A stretch of DNA of 64,000 nucleotides from Eledone cirrhosa. Lineage: Eukaryota. Shown here one piece after another: positions 9,459 through 24,522 of this stretch. The notes under the pieces were generated by a model. That model worked only from the letters and a program-made list of their open reading frames with translations. It had not been told where the DNA came from and did no database searches. How positions within the stretch are numbered: the first letter of the stretch is position 1; each line of letters opens with the position of its first letter. The translations under genes and the position numbers were made by a program. The stretch spans positions 186,001 to 250,000 of the forward strand of contig CAXHJY010001472.1 in the NCBI GenBank assembly GCA_964016885.1, written 5' to 3'.

Positions 9459-10453
9459 ATGTATACAAAACAACTAAATCTCTTAAATAACTTCACTTAT
9501 ATCCAAAACATGATTTGTATATACATCAACAGTGACTCATTATTATACGCCAGTCACGACCCCACTGCAAAAACGATATCTATATAACAACCCCACCGTA
9601 AAACTACTCTTCCCCACTTTACAAACACTTTATATTATTTGTCATTAAGGTTTCTTAAAATAAATATATATACGTATGTGTAGTAATTAGTACGGAGACT
9701 GAGAGAGAAGGGGCGAGTGTGTCTTCATGGAGGGCACATGGGACCAGCAAAGCCCTAAAAGTAGAGACCAGTAAATGAGATAAGGTCCTAGCTATGTTAA
9801 GAATATAAATAAGAAACATGTTCTATACATTTAAGAAGACAAGAGAAACATGTTCTAAACATTTAAGAAATAATTATTTACCTCTTTCATGTCGGTAATA
9901 TAGCGGTGTTATAAAACTAATTATAACGACCGGTGTTAAAATAGAGAGAGATAGACAGATAAATGTGTGTCACACTCTCACCCTCTCTTTAAATCTTTTA
10001 CACTATCTAACTCGTACTTCTCACACTCTCTTTAAATCTTTTACTCTATCTACCTCTCATTTCTATCTGTGTATGTATGTATGTATCTGTCTATGTGTAA
10101 CTCGGTGTACTGGAGCAATATGAAGTGAAGTGTCTTGCTCAAGAAGACATTTTGTGGAGTTATATCATCGTTTCTTGTTATAAAGCTACTTATACTACCG
10201 GCGTAACAGTGGCTATAGGTGATAGATGTAGAAATAAAAGGCTGTAACAGCGATATAAATATAGATGAAATAGTTTACCACGAGACTAAGAATGAATGTT
10301 TAATGGAATTAAGTGTAATCTAATAGGAAATAAGAGGCTAGAGCAGCGAAATGTTTACGTAAAATAAAAGAACAACAAACAAGAGTGCAACATTGAAATT
10401 TTTTTTTTTTTTTTGTCGATATAAGCGTTATTTTATGCGCGATTTGCCTTGCT

Positions 10454-10566
10454 GCCGGCGCTGCTCAGTCAGTAGCAGCCCCGCTTACGAACTTCAGGAG
10501 CCAACGACTTTACATGGTTCGAATCTCACCCTCTCCGCTCTTGTCGAGTTATCTCCTACTCTTTTT
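10454..10566 (+). ncRNA. Candidate Pol III small RNA, copy 2
   Basis: Matches 4594-4706. Confidence 0.45.
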
Positions 10567-11307
10567 ACTTAGTTCCAGGTCATTAAAATAGAGCAAAGAG
10601 GGCGCGGCGATCGGCATATGCACTGGCTACAATGTTGAACTTTGGTACTGACTGCGTAGTTGAACGTTCCACATACCAACCGCCCAACTGGCCAGTCAAC
10701 CGCATATGCGGCTGGCTGGCCGGTTGGGTAGTTGGCATATGTACTGGCTACCATGCTGAACATTGTACTGACTGTCAAGTTGAACGTTCTAACCCTCTCT
10801 TTACATCTATTACTCTATCTACCGCTTATTTCTCCCCCTCTCTTTACTTCTATAACTCTATCTCCCACTCTCTTTACATCTATTACAGTGTCTCCCTGTA
10901 TATATACACGTATATATGCACTAGATTTTATAAGAAATCTACGTAATAATATAATTAACAATAGTTGATGAATTAGACCAGAGTTAATTAAACAATAAAT
11001 ATGAATGAAATAGCAGTAGATGGCGAAACTTGAGTGTTGTGTGTGCATACATATATATGAGGTAAACTGGTTCAAATACTGTCAGGATTATATTGGATCA
11101 AAGACTGTATTAAATAGAAAGTAAAAAATGAAGTGAAAATATAAAAACAAACTGAAAATTTCCCCATCCCTAGAAAAATTCATATCTTGTTATATATAGA
11201 TAATTGGCGCTTTAAATTGAATAAATATTCATTTATATATATATATATATGTATATATATATGTACACTGATATATATGTGTGTATATATATATGTGTAT
11301 ATATATA

Positions 11308-11354
<47 letters not shown>

Positions 11355-11356
<2 letters not shown>

Positions 11357-11903
11357 ACTTCATCATACGTCCGCTTTTCCATGCTTGCAAGGGTGGGGTG
11401 GGAGCTGATTCTGGATTGGTTTCTACAGCTGGGTGCCCTTCCTGACGCCAACCCCGTTTGCAGTGAGTGCTGGGTGCTTTTTTTTTTCCGTGGCACCTCC
11501 ACGTCAGCTTTACAGTGTGGGCTGGGTGCTTTTTTGCCGCGGCGCCTCCACGACCACTTTGCGGTGGGGTGGTGGGGTGGTATGTGTATACCCAGCCCAT
11601 TGTCATTTGCCACACAGAAAAGCTTATAGCATCGTTCTTTACCCACGATGAATCTAGCAGACCCACCCCTCCACCTGGTCTCTTGAATACAACAAACATC
11701 GACCTCCTTACGTTCAAGCATTTCTACAACCTCGTTAGAGCCACCCTATAAGGTGCCTACATTAATGGTACCAACTCTGAAGTTTTGGATTGCGTTTGGA
11801 GGTTGGGAGCGGTGGGGAGCGGGGATGGGGTTAGGGTTAGCCATCCGCGGCCGAAACAAAGAGGAGGAGCCCTTGCATTCTCGTCCATGAGGTGGATTTG
11901 TCT
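11355..11903 (-). mobile_element. Bipartite RTE derivative, copy 2
   Basis: Matches 5497-6045. Confidence 0.8.
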
Positions 11904-12394
11904 TTATGTATGTATATGTATATATGTATGTATGTGTGTGTATGTATGTATATGTATATATGAGTGTATATGTGTATATGTATGTATATGTATGTGTATG
12001 TATGTGTATATATGTGTATATGTATGTGTTTGTATATATGTGTGTGTATGTATATATGTGTGTGTACGTATATATATATATGTATGTATGTGTATATGTA
12101 TGTATATGTATGTATGTGTATGTATATGTGTGTATGTATGTGTATATATGTATGTATGTATATGTATATATACGTGTGTATATGTATATATACTTATGTG
12201 TATATGCTTATGTATGTGTATGTATGTATATTTATATTATGTATATATATATATCTATGTATGTGTATGTATGTATATATATGTATGTATATGTGTATGT
12301 ATGTGTATGTATGTATGTATGTGTATATATGTATGTATGTATATATATATGTATGTATATGTATATGTATGTGTATGTATATGTATATGTATAT

Positions 12395-12748
12395 GGAGGC
12401 ACATGGCTTAGTGGTTCGAGCATTGGCCTGGCAATCGAAAGGTTGTGAGTTCAATTCTCAGACCGGGTGATGTGTTGTTTCCTTGAGCAAGACACTTTAT
12501 TTCACATTGCTCCAGTTTACTCAGCTGTAGAAATGAGATGATAGGGACTGGGGTCCATATCATTCCACTGCAAAGTGGTCGTGGAGGTGCCACGGCAAAA
12601 AAGCACTCAGCACTCACTGTAAATGAGGTTGGTGTTAGGAAGGGCATCCAGCTGTAGAAATCAAGCCAGAATCAGTTCCCGTCCCACATTTGCAAGCAGG
12701 GAAAAAGCGGACTTAAAACGAAATGATGATGATGATGATGATGATGAT
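12395..12748 (+). mobile_element. CORE-type SINE, copy 3
   Basis: Matches 625-978. Confidence 0.85.
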
Positions 12749-13401
12749 GTATGTATGTATGTGTATATGTATGTATGTATGTATATGTATGTATGTGTAT
12801 GAGATGCAGTTTGGTTTTGTGCCGCTGAAAAGTGCAACAGATGCCCTCTTCTTAGTGAGACAACTACAAAAGAGGTTCTTAGAGAAAAATAAGCCACTAT
12901 ACTTAGCTTTGGACATAGAGAAGGCTTTTGATAGAGAACTCTTATAAATGACAACATATATATATGTGTGTGTATATATATGTTTTTTTTAAAACTATAT
13001 ATTTATTACTCCCTTAAGCAGAAGAAATATATTCCCAGATATCGAAGATTACCACAATAACTAGGGAGCGGAAATCAATAGATGCTGGACATTGCTGCTG
13101 AGGGTAGGATGACCTGATGAGCTGGCTCCTGTGGTTGATACCTAAACATAGTAAGAGCCAAGTGGGATGACTGAGGTTCACCTACATACATCAGATGTCT
13201 CTGGATCTCCAGCTGGAGATTAATGATCTCAGGAATGCCATGAAAAATCGTGACATCTAAAAAAGAAGAGTAGAATTGTTCTGGCCAATCCACCTGACCT
13301 AATAAACAATAATAATATTAATATATATTGATGAAAATTAATTATGGTGAAATATCTTAGAAATCATTCTCAGAGGTTTTGTATTGTAATCCACACTTGC
13401 T

Positions 13402-15368
13402 CCTTGTGGCTTCTGATGCAGACATCATGTCCGCCATCAGGTCCTTCCCAGCTAGCAGCTGCGGAGATGTTGATGGTCTCTGACCAGGCCTCCTCAAGGA
13501 GTTGATATCTCCCCTCTCCGCTGAGGCCGGGCGCCGCCTTCTGAGTGCAATTGTGGCGCTCACCAATAGGCTCATCCATGGCGCCCTGGACTCTTATGCT
13601 CGAGGCCTCTTTTTTTCGGCCAGCCTCACCGCTCTCAGGAAGAAAGAGGATGGCATACGCCCCATTGCTGTGGGCAATGTCTTCCGGAGGCTGGCTGCCA
13701 AGGTAATCTGCAAGTCCGTAACACTCGGAACCGGCATCCAGGGCCTCCAGCCACCTCATTGTCAAGTTTGACATGAGGAATGCCTTCAACTCTTTACGCT
13801 GGGATCATCTGCTCGAGGCCTGCCTCAGCCGAGCCCCCTCTGCCTACCTGTCATATGGAGCCCCAAGCATGCGCCATGCTGCTGATACGGTCATACCCTT
13901 GGCTACTGGGATCCAACAGGGCAACCCTTTGGGACCCCTCCTGTTCACCCTTGGTATTGACCACATCGCCTGGAGTATAACGGCCCCTCTCAACGTTTGG
14001 TATCTGGATGATGCTACTTTGGGTGGGCCCGTACAGGCGGTCTGCCATGACCTTCAATCGGTGGTTCCTGCCCTGGCGGGAATCGACCTCCAGGTCAACT
14101 CAGCCAAGTCGGAGGTGGTGAATGTCAGCCTCGATGCTGCAAGCTTTGCAGTCTCCGTCTTGGACGTGCGGTCCATTCTCCGCCAGGTTCAGGTGACCCC
14201 CCAAAGAGGATGCCCTCACCGATCCACCCGCCGGCCATCCGCTCCTCCATCAAGTCCAGACTCTCACGAGCCGACTGGGCTTGATTGATGGCCACCCAGT
14301 TCTCTTTCTGCTGAGGAACTGCTACGCCATGCCGAAGCTCCTCTATACACTCTGTGCTACACCTAAACTTGTATCCGAGCAGCAGCCGATGAGATATGCA
14401 ACTTTACCTGTCAGGTATGGCGGCCTTCGCCTCCAGTCCCCGATCTCACTAGCTTTGCCGGCATATCTTTCGTCGGTAACCTCGTACCACGTCCTCTTCA
14501 GCAGGGTTCTTCAAAACACAACAGAACCCTCTGTGTTCAGAGAACGCGTGGCCGCCTGTGAGACGTGGGACCGGCTGGGACTTAGCCCAGTAGACGTTCC
14601 TCCTCCTTCTCCCCCTGTTGACGTCAAGTCCCCCCCAACACACTTGGGATGCCATCCAGTGCAGCCTGGCCTCAGACAGGCTCACGTGCCAGCTCGACCA
14701 GCACCGCCTTGTTTGTTTTCGTGCAGCCTCCAAACCCCACAGTGGGGCCTGGCTCCATGCCCTGCCCTCCTTCTCCACTCGCACGCAGCTAGACAACAAT
14801 AGCTTGCGCATCGGCGTCTCCCTGAGGCTCGGCCTCACACCAATGTCGCTGCCGTTCCACCATGGACTCTTTCGGCCTCCACCCGCAATCCACGCCATGC
14901 TGCCCTCAACGAAGTCATTAAGCATGGCTTGGACGCTGCAGGCTTCCCTTCCCAGCTCGAGGGGACGGCAAAAGGCTAGATGGCATGACCATCTTCCCGT
15001 TCCGCGGTGGCAAACCCCTCGTCTGGGATGCCACTTGCACCGACACTTTCTGCAGCCGCAACCTGGTGCAGTCTGCGACTGGCCCAGGTTCTGCTGCACG
15101 TCAGGCTGAGGGGGCCAAACTCCTCACATATCGTTCACTCTCCGACAGGTTTGCGGTCGTACCCCTGGAAGTGGAGACTTCTGGTGTCCTCGGCCCCAGG
15201 GCTACCTCCTTACTCACCACCATAGGCGCTGAGCTGGCCAGCCGCAGGTGTGAGCCCCGCGAGTTGGAGTGGCTTTTCCAGCGCGTCTCCCTTGCCGTGC
15301 TCCGGGGAAACGCCTTCTCCATTCTGTCCGCCGGGGCTGTGGGTGGGTCCCATCGCGTACCGTTATGA
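13402..15368 (+). mobile_element. CRE-clade retrotransposon remnant, copy 3 (type A)
   Basis: Same ORF fragments as copy 1. Confidence 0.88.
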
Positions 15369-16363
15369 ATGTATACAAAACAACTAAATCTCTTAAATAA
15401 CTTCACTTATATCCAAAACATGATTTGTATATACATCAACAGTGACTCATTATTATACGCCAGTCACGACCCCACTGCAAAAACGATATCTATATAACAA
15501 CCCCACCGTAAAACTACTCTTCCCCACTTTACAAACACTTTATATTATTTGTCATTAAGGTTTCTTAAAATAAATATATATACGTATGTGTAGTAATTAG
15601 TACGGAGACTGAGAGAGAAGGGGCGAGTGTGTCTTCATGGAGGGCACATGGGACCAGCAAAGCCCTAAAAGTAGAGACCAGTAAATGAGATAAGGTCCTA
15701 GCTATGTTAAGAATATAAATAAGAAACATGTTCTATACATTTAAGAAGACAAGAGAAACATGTTCTAAACATTTAAGAAATAATTATTTACCTCTTTCAT
15801 GTCGGTAATATAGCGGTGTTATAAAACTAATTATAACGACCGGTGTTAAAATAGAGAGAGATAGACAGATAAATGTGTGTCACACTCTCACCCTCTCTTT
15901 AAATCTTTTACACTATCTAACTCGTACTTCTCACACTCTCTTTAAATCTTTTACTCTATCTACCTCTCATTTCTATCTGTGTATGTATGTATGTATCTGT
16001 CTATGTGTAACTCGGTGTACTGGAGCAATATGAAGTGAAGTGTCTTGCTCAAGAAGACATTTTGTGGAGTTATATCATCGTTTCTTGTTATAAAGCTACT
16101 TATACTACCGGCGTAACAGTGGCTATAGGTGATAGATGTAGAAATAAAAGGCTGTAACAGCGATATAAATATAGATGAAATAGTTTACCACGAGACTAAG
16201 AATGAATGTTTAATGGAATTAAGTGTAATCTGATAGGAAATAAGAGGCTAGAGCAGCGAAATGTTTACGTAAAATAAAAGAACAACAAACAAGAGTGCAA
16301 CATTGAAATTTTTTTTTTTTTTTTGTCGATATAAGCCTTATTTTATGCGCGATTTGCCTTGCT

Positions 16364-16475
16364 GCGGCGCTGCTCAGTCAGTAGCAGCCCCGCTTACGAA
16401 CTTCAGGAGCCAACGACTTTACATGGTTCGAATCTCACCCTCTCCGCTCTTGTCGAGTTATCTCCTACTCTTTTT
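16364..16475 (+). ncRNA. Candidate Pol III small RNA, copy 3 (1-nt deletion at 5' end)
   Basis: gcggcgctgctcag...ggttcgaatc...ttttt. Confidence 0.45.
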
Positions 16476-17218
16476 ACTTAGTTCCAGGTCATTAAAATAG
16501 AGCAAAGAGGGCGCGGCGATCGGCATATGCACTGGCTACAATGTTGAACTTTGGTACTGACTGCGTAGTTGAACGTTCCACATACCAACCGCCCAACTGG
16601 CCAGTCAACCGCATATGCGGCTGGCTGGCCAGTTGGGTAGTTGGCATATGTACTGGCTACCATGCTGAACATTGTACTGACTGTCAAGTTGAACGTTCTA
16701 ACCCTCTCTTTACATCTATTACTCTATCTACCGCTTATTTCTCCCCCTCTCTTTACTTCTATAACTCTATCTCCCACTCTCTTTACATCTATTACAGTGT
16801 CTCCCTGTATATATACACGTATATATGCACTAGATTTTATAAGAAATCTACGTAATAATATAATTAACAATAGTTGATGAATTAGACCAGAGTTAATTAA
16901 ACAATAAATATGAATGAAATAGCAGTAGATGGCGAAACTTGAGTGTTGTGTGTGCATACATATATATGAGGTAAACTGGTTCAAATACTGTCAGGATTAT
17001 ATTGGATCAAAGACTGTATTAAATAGAAAGTAAAAAATGAAGTGAAAATATAAAAACAAACTGAAAATTTCCCCATCCCTAGAAAAATTCATATCTTGTT
17101 ATATATAGATAATTGGCGCTTTAAATTGAATAAATATTCATTTATATATATATATATATGTATATATATATGTACACTGATATATATGTGTGTATATATA
17201 TATATGTGTATATATATA

Positions 17219-17267
<49 letters not shown>

Positions 17268-17269
<2 letters not shown>

Positions 17270-17816
17270 ACTTCATCATACGTCCGCTTTTCCATGCTTG
17301 CAAGGGTGGGGTGGGAGCTGATTCTGGATTGGTTTCTACAGCTGGGTGCCCTTCCTGACGCCAACCCCGTTTGCAGTGAGTGCTGGGTGCTTTTTTTTTT
17401 CCGTGGCACCTCCACGTCAGCTTTACAGTGTGGGCTGGGTGCTTTTTTGCCGCGGCGCCTCCACGACCACTTTGCGGTGGGGTGGTGGGGTGGTATGTGT
17501 ATACCCAGCCCATTGTCATTTGCCACACAGAAAAGCTTATAGCATCGTTCTTTACCCACGATGAATCTAGCAGACCCACCCCTCCACCTGGTCTCTTGAA
17601 TACAACAAACATCGACCTCCTTACGTTCAAGCATTTCTACAACCTCGTTAGAGCCACCCTATAAGGTGCCTACATTAATGGTACCAACTCTGAAGTTTTG
17701 GATTGCGTTTGGAGGTTGGGAGCGGTGGGGAGCGGGGATGGGGTTAGGGTTAGCCATCCGCGGCCGAAACAAAGAGGAGGAGCCCTTGCATTCTCGTCCA
17801 TGAGGTGGATTTGTCT
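17268..17816 (-). mobile_element. Bipartite RTE derivative, copy 3
   Basis: Matches 5497-6045. Confidence 0.8.
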
Positions 17817-18255
17817 CTATGTATGTATATGTATATATGTATGTATGTGTGTGTATGTATGTATATGTATATATGAGTGTATATGTGTATATGTATGTAT
17901 ATGTATGTGTATGTATGTGTATATATGTGTATATGTATGTGTTTGTATATATGTGTGTGTATGTATATATGTGTGTGTACGTATATATATATATGTATGT
18001 ATGTGTATATGTATGTATATGTATGTATGTGTATGTATATGTGTGTATGTATGTATATATGTATGTATGTGTATATATGTATGTATGTATATGTATATAT
18101 ACGTGTGTATATGTATATATACTTATGTGTATATGCTTATGTATGTGTATGTATGTATATTTATATTATGTATATATATATATCTATGTATGTGTATGTA
18201 TGTATATATATGTATGTATATGTATATGTATGTGTAAGTATATGTATATGTATAT

Positions 18256-18612
18256 GGAGGCACATGGCTTAGTGGTTCGAGCATTGGCCTGGCAATCGAA
18301 AGGTTGTGAGTTCAATTCTCAGACCGGGTGATGTGTTGTTTCCTTGAGCAAGACACTTTATTTCACATTGCTCCAGTTTACTCAGCTGTAGAAATGAGAT
18401 GATAGGGACTGGGGTCCATATCATTCCACTGCAAAGTGGTCGTGGAGGTGCCACGGCAAAAAAGCACTCAGCACTCACTGTAAATGAGGTTGGTGTTAGG
18501 AAGGGCATCCAGCTGTAGAAATCAAGCCAGAATCAGTTCCCGTCCCACATTTGCAAGCAGGGAAAAAGCGGACTTAAAACGAAATGATGATGATGATGAT
18601 GATGATGATGAT
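18256..18612 (+). mobile_element. CORE-type SINE, copy 4
   Basis: Matches 625-978 with one extra GAT. Confidence 0.85.
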
Positions 18613-19265
18613 GTATGTATGTATGTGTATATGTATGTATGTATGTATATGTATGTATGTGTATGAGATGCAGTTTGGTTTTGTGCCGCTGAAAAGTGCA
18701 ACAGATGCCCTCTTCTTAGTGAGACAACTACAAAAGAGGTTCTTAGAGAAAAATAAGCCACTATACTTAGCTTTGGACATAGAGAAGGCTTTTGATAGAG
18801 AACTCTTATAAATGACAACATATATATATGTGTGTGTATATATATGTTTTTTTTAAAACTATATATTTATTACTCCCTTAAGCAGAAGAAATATATTCCC
18901 AGATATCGAAGATTACCACAATAACTAGGGAGCGGAAATCAATAGATGCTGGACATTGCTGCTGAGGGTAGGATGACCTGATGAGCTGGCTCCTGTGGTT
19001 GATACCTAAACATAGTAAGAGCCAAGTGGGATGACTGAGGTTCACCTACATACATCAGATGTCTCTGGATCTCCAGCTGGAGATTAATGATCTCAGGAAT
19101 GCCATGAAAAATCGTGACATCTAAAAAAGAAGAGTAGAATTGTTCTGGCCAATCCACCTGACCTAATAAACAATAATAATATTAATATATATTGATGAAA
19201 ATTAATTATGGTGAAATATCTTAGAAATCATTCTCAGAGGTTTTGTATTGTAATCCACACTTGCT

Positions 19266-21258
19266 CCTTGTGGCTTCTGATGCAGACATCATGTCCGCCA
19301 TCAGGTCCTTCCCAGCTAGCAGCTGCGGAGATGTTGATGGTCTCTGACCAGGCCTCCTCAAGGAGTTGATATCTCCCCTCTCCGCTGAGGCCGGGCGCCG
19401 CCTTCTGAGTGCAATTGTGGCGCTCACCAATAGGCTCATCCATGGCGCCCTGGACTCTTATGCTCGAGGCCTCTTTTTTTCGGCCAGCCTCACCGTTCTC
19501 AGGAAGAAAGAGGATGGCATACGCCCCATTGCTGTGGGCAATGTCTTCCGGAGGCTGGCTGCCAAGGTAATCTGCAAGTCCGTAACACTCGGAACCGGCA
19601 TCCAGGGCCTCCAGCCACCTCATTGTCAAGTTTGACATGAGGAATGCCTTCAACTCTTTACGCTGGGATCATCTGCTCGAGGCCTGCCTCAGCCGAGCCC
19701 CCTCTGCCTACCTGTCATATGGAGCCCCAAGCATGCGCCATGCTGCTGATACGGTCATACCCTTGGCTACTGGGATCCAACAGGGCAACCCTTTGGGACC
19801 CCTCCTGTTCACCCTTGGTATTGACCACATCGCCTGGAGTATAACGGCCCCTCTCAACGTTTGGTATCTGGATGATGCTACTTTGGGTGGGCCCGTACAG
19901 GCGGTCTGCCATGACCTTCAATCGGTGGTTCCTGCCCTGGCGGGAATCGACCTCCAGGTCAACTCAGCCAAGTCGGAGGTGGTGAATGTCAGCCTCGATG
20001 CTGCAAGCTTTGCAGTCTCCGTCTTGGACGTGCGGTCCATTCTCCGCCAGGTTCAGGTGACCCCCCAAAGAGGATGCCCTCACCGATCCACCCGCCGGCC
20101 ATCCGCTCCTCCATCAAGTCCAGACTCTCACGAGCCGACTGGGCTTGATTGATGGCCACCCAGTTCTCTTTCTGCTGAGGAACTGCTACGCCATGCCGAA
20201 GCTCCTCTATACACTCTGTGCTACACCTAAACTTGTATCCGAGCAGCAGCCGATGAGATATGCAACTTTACCTGTCAGGTATGGCGGCCTTCGCCTCCAG
20301 TCCCCGATCTCACTAGCTTTGCCGGCATATCTTTCGTCGGTAACCTCGTACCACGTCCTCCTCAGCAGGGTTCTTCAAAACACAACAGAACCCTCTGTGT
20401 TCAGAGAACGCGTGGCCGCCTGTGAGACGTGGGACCGGCTGGGACTTAGCCCAGTAGACGTTCCTCCTCCTTCTCCCCCTGTTGACGTCAAGTCCCCCCC
20501 AACACACTTGGGATGCCATCCAGTGCAGCCTGGCCTCAGACAGGCTCACGCGCCAGCTCGACCAGCACCGCCTTGTTTGTTTTCGTGCAGCCTCCAAACC
20601 CCACAGTGGGGCCTGGCTCCATGCCCTGCCCTCCTTCTCCACTCGCACGCAGCTAGACAACAATAGCTTGCGCATCGGCGTTTCCGTGAGGCTCGGCCTC
20701 ACACCAATGTCGCTGCCGTTCCACCATGGACTCTTTCGGCCTCCACCCGCTTTCCTGTCGCCACAGTGCCAGCCGCAATCCACGCCATGCTGCCCTCAAC
20801 GAAGTCATTAAGCATGGCTTGGACGCTGCAGGCTTCCCTTCCCAGCTCGAGGGGACGGCAAAAGGCTAGATGGCATGACCATCTTCCCGTTCCGCGGTGG
20901 CAAACCCCTCGTCTGGGATGCCACTTGCACCGACACTTTCTGCAGCCGCAACCTGGTGCAGTCTGCGACTGGCCCAGGTTCTGCTGCACGTCAGGCTGAG
21001 GGGGCCAAACTCCTCACATATCGTTCACTCTCCGACAGGTTTGCGGTCGTACCCCTGGAAGTGGAGACTTCTGGTGTCCTCGGCCCCAGGGCTACCTCCT
21101 TACTCACCACCATAGGCGCTGAGCTGGCCAGCCGCAGGTGTGAGCCCCGCGAGTTGGAGTGGCTTTTCCAGCGCGTCTCCCTTGCCGTGCTCCGGGGAAA
21201 CGCCTTCTCCATTCTGTCCGCCGGGGCTGTGGGTGGGTCCCATCGCGTACCGTTATGA
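19266..21258 (+). mobile_element. CRE-clade retrotransposon remnant, copy 4 (A/B mosaic)
   Basis: Has the type-A frameshift and 3' end but keeps the 26-bp zinc-knuckle segment. Confidence 0.88.
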
Positions 21259-22219
21259 ATGTATACAAAACAACTAAATCTCTTAAATAACTTCACTTAT
21301 ATCCAAAACATGATTTGTATATACATCAACAGTGACTCATTATTATACGCCAGTCACGACCCCACTGCAAAAACGATATCTTATAACAACCCCACCGTAA
21401 AACTACTCTTCCCCACTTTACAAACACTTTATATTATTTGTCATTAAGGTTTCTTAAAATAAATATATATACGTATGTGTAGTAATTAGTACGGAGACTG
21501 AGAGAGAAGGGGCGAGTGTGTCTTCATGGAGGGCACATGGGACCAGCAAAGCCCTAAAAGTAGAGACCAGTAAATGAGATAAGGTCCTAGCTATGTTAAG
21601 AATATAAATAAGAAACATGTTATATACATTTAAGAAATAATTATTTACCTCTTTCATGTCGGTAATATAGCGGTGTTATAAAACTAATTATAACGACCGG
21701 TGTTAAAATAGAGAGAGATAGACAGATAAATGTGTGTCACACTCTCACACTCTCTTTAAATCTTTTACACTATCTAACTCGTACTTCTCACACTCTCTTT
21801 AAATCTTTTACTCTATCTACCTCTCATTTCTATCTGTGTATGTATGTATGTATCTGTCTATGTGTAACTCGGTGTACTGGAGCAATATGAAGTGAAGTGT
21901 CTTGCTCAAGAAGACATTTTGTGGAGTTATATCATCGTTTCTTGTTATAAAGCTACTTATACTACCGGCGTAACAGTGGCTATAGGTGATAGATGTAGAA
22001 ATAAAAGGCTGTAACAGCGATATAAATATAGATGAAATAGTTTACCACGAGACTAAGAATGAATGTTTAATGGAATTAAGTGTAATCTAATAGGAAATAA
22101 GAGGCTAGAGCAGCGAAATGTTTACGTAAAATAAAAGAACAACAAACAAGAGTGCAACATTGAAATTTTTGTTTTATTTTCTCGATATAAGCGTTATTTT
22201 ATGCGCGATTTGCCTTGCT

Positions 22220-22332
22220 GCCGGCGTTGCTCAGTCAGTAGCAGCCCCGCTTACGAAGTTCAGGAGCCAACGACTTTACATGGTTCGAATCTCACCCTCT
22301 CCGCTCTTGTCGAGTTATCTCCTACTCTTTTT
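22220..22332 (+). ncRNA. Candidate Pol III small RNA, copy 4
   Basis: Variant gccggcgttgctcag; boxes and terminator intact. Confidence 0.45.
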
Positions 22333-23073
22333 ACTTAGTTCCAGGTCATTAAAATAGAGCAAAGAGGGCGCGGCGATCGGCATATGCACTGGCTACAATG
22401 TTGAACTTTGGTACTGACTGCGTAGTTGAACGTTCCACATACCAACCGCCCAACTGGCCAGTCAACCGCATATGCGGCTGGCTGGCCGGTTGGGTAGTTG
22501 GCATATGTACTGGCTACCATGCTGAACATTGTACTGACTGTCAAGTTGAACGTTCTAACCCTCTCTTTACATCTATTACTCTATCTACCGCTTAGTTCTC
22601 CCCCTCTCTTTACTTCTATAACTCTATCTCCCACTCTCTTTACATCTATTACAGTGTCTCCCTGTATATATACACGTATATATGCACTAGATTTTATAAG
22701 AAATCTACGTAATAATATAATTAACAATAGTTGATGAATTAGACCAGAGTTAATTAAACAATAAATATGAATGAAATAGCAGTAGATGGCGAAACTTGAG
22801 TGTTGTGTGTGCATACATATATATGAGGTAAACTGGTTCAAATACTGTCAGGATTATATTGGATCAAAGACTGTATTAAATAGAAAGTAAAAAATGAAGT
22901 GAAAATATAAAAACAAACTGAAAATTTCCCCATCCCTAGAAAAATTCATATCTTGTTATATATAGATAATTGGCGCTTTAAATTGAATAAATATTCATTT
23001 ATATATATATATATATGTATATATATATGTACACTGATATATATGTGTGTATATATATATGTGTATATATATA

Positions 23074-23132
<59 letters not shown>

Positions 23133-23137
<5 letters not shown>

Positions 23138-23681
23138 TCATCATACGTCCGCTTTTCCATGCTTGCAAGGGTGGGGTGGGAGCTGATTCTGGATTGGTTT
23201 CTACAGCTGGGTGCCCTTCCTGACGCCAACCCCGTTTGCAGTGAGTGCTGGGTGCTTTTTTTTTTCCGTGGCACCTCCACGTCAGCTTTACAGTGTGGGC
23301 TGGGTACTTTTTGGCCGCGGCGCCTCCACGACCACTTTGCGGTGGGGCGGTGGGGTGGTATGTGTATACCCAGCCCATTGTCATTTGCCACACAGAAAAG
23401 CGTATAGCATCGTTCTTTACCCACGATGAATCTAGCAGACCCACCCCTCCACCTGGTCTCTTGAATACAACAAACATCGACCTCCTTACGTTCAAGCATT
23501 TCTACAACCTCGTTAGAGCCACCCTATAAGGTGCCTACATTAATGGTACCAACTCTGAAGTTTTGGATTGCGTTTGGAGGTTGGGAGCAGTGGGGAGCGG
23601 GGATGGGGTTAGGGTTAGCCATCCGCGGCCAAAACAAAGAGGAGGAGCCCTTGCATTCTCGTCCATGAGGTGGATTTGTCT
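23133..23681 (-). mobile_element. Bipartite RTE derivative, copy 4
   Basis: Matches 5497-6045. Confidence 0.8.
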
Positions 23682-24168
23682 TTATGTATGTATATGTATA
23701 TATGTATGTATGTGTGTGTATGTATGTATATGTATATATGAGTGTATATGTGTATATGTATGTATATGTATGTGTATGTATGTGTATATATGTGTATATG
23801 TATGTGTTTGTATATATGTGTGTGTATGTATATATGTGTGTGTATGTATATATATATATGTATGTATGTGTATATGTATGTATATGTATGTATGTGTATA
23901 TGTATATATGTGTGTATGTATGTATATATGTATGTATGTGTATATATGTATGTATGTATATGTATATATACGTGTGTATATGTATATATACTTATGTGTA
24001 TATGCTTATGTATGTGTATGTATGTATATTTATATTATGTATATATATATATCTATGTATGTATATGTATGTATATGTGTATGTATGTGTATGTATGTAT
24101 GTGTATATATGTATGTATGTATATATATATGTATGTATATGTATGTGTATGTATATGTATATGTATAT

Positions 24169-24522
24169 GGAGGCACATGGCTTAGTGGTTCGAGCATTGG
24201 CCTGGCAATCGAAAGGTTGTGAGTTCAATTCTCAGACCGGGTGATGTGTTGTTTCCTTGAGCAAGACACTTTATTTCACATTGCTCCAGTTTACTCAGCT
24301 GTAGAAATGAGATGATAGGGACTGGGGTCCATATCATTCCACTGCAAAGTGGTCGTGGAGGTGCCACGGCAAAAAAGCACTCAGCACTCACTGTAAATGA
24401 GGTTGGTGTTAGGAAGGGCATCCAGCTGTAGAAATCAAGCCAGAATCAGTTCCCGTCCCACCCTTGCAAGCAGGGAAAAAGCGGACTTAAAACGAAATGA
24501 TGATGATGATGATGATGATGAT
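24169..24522 (+). mobile_element. CORE-type SINE, copy 5
   Basis: Matches 625-978. Confidence 0.85.
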
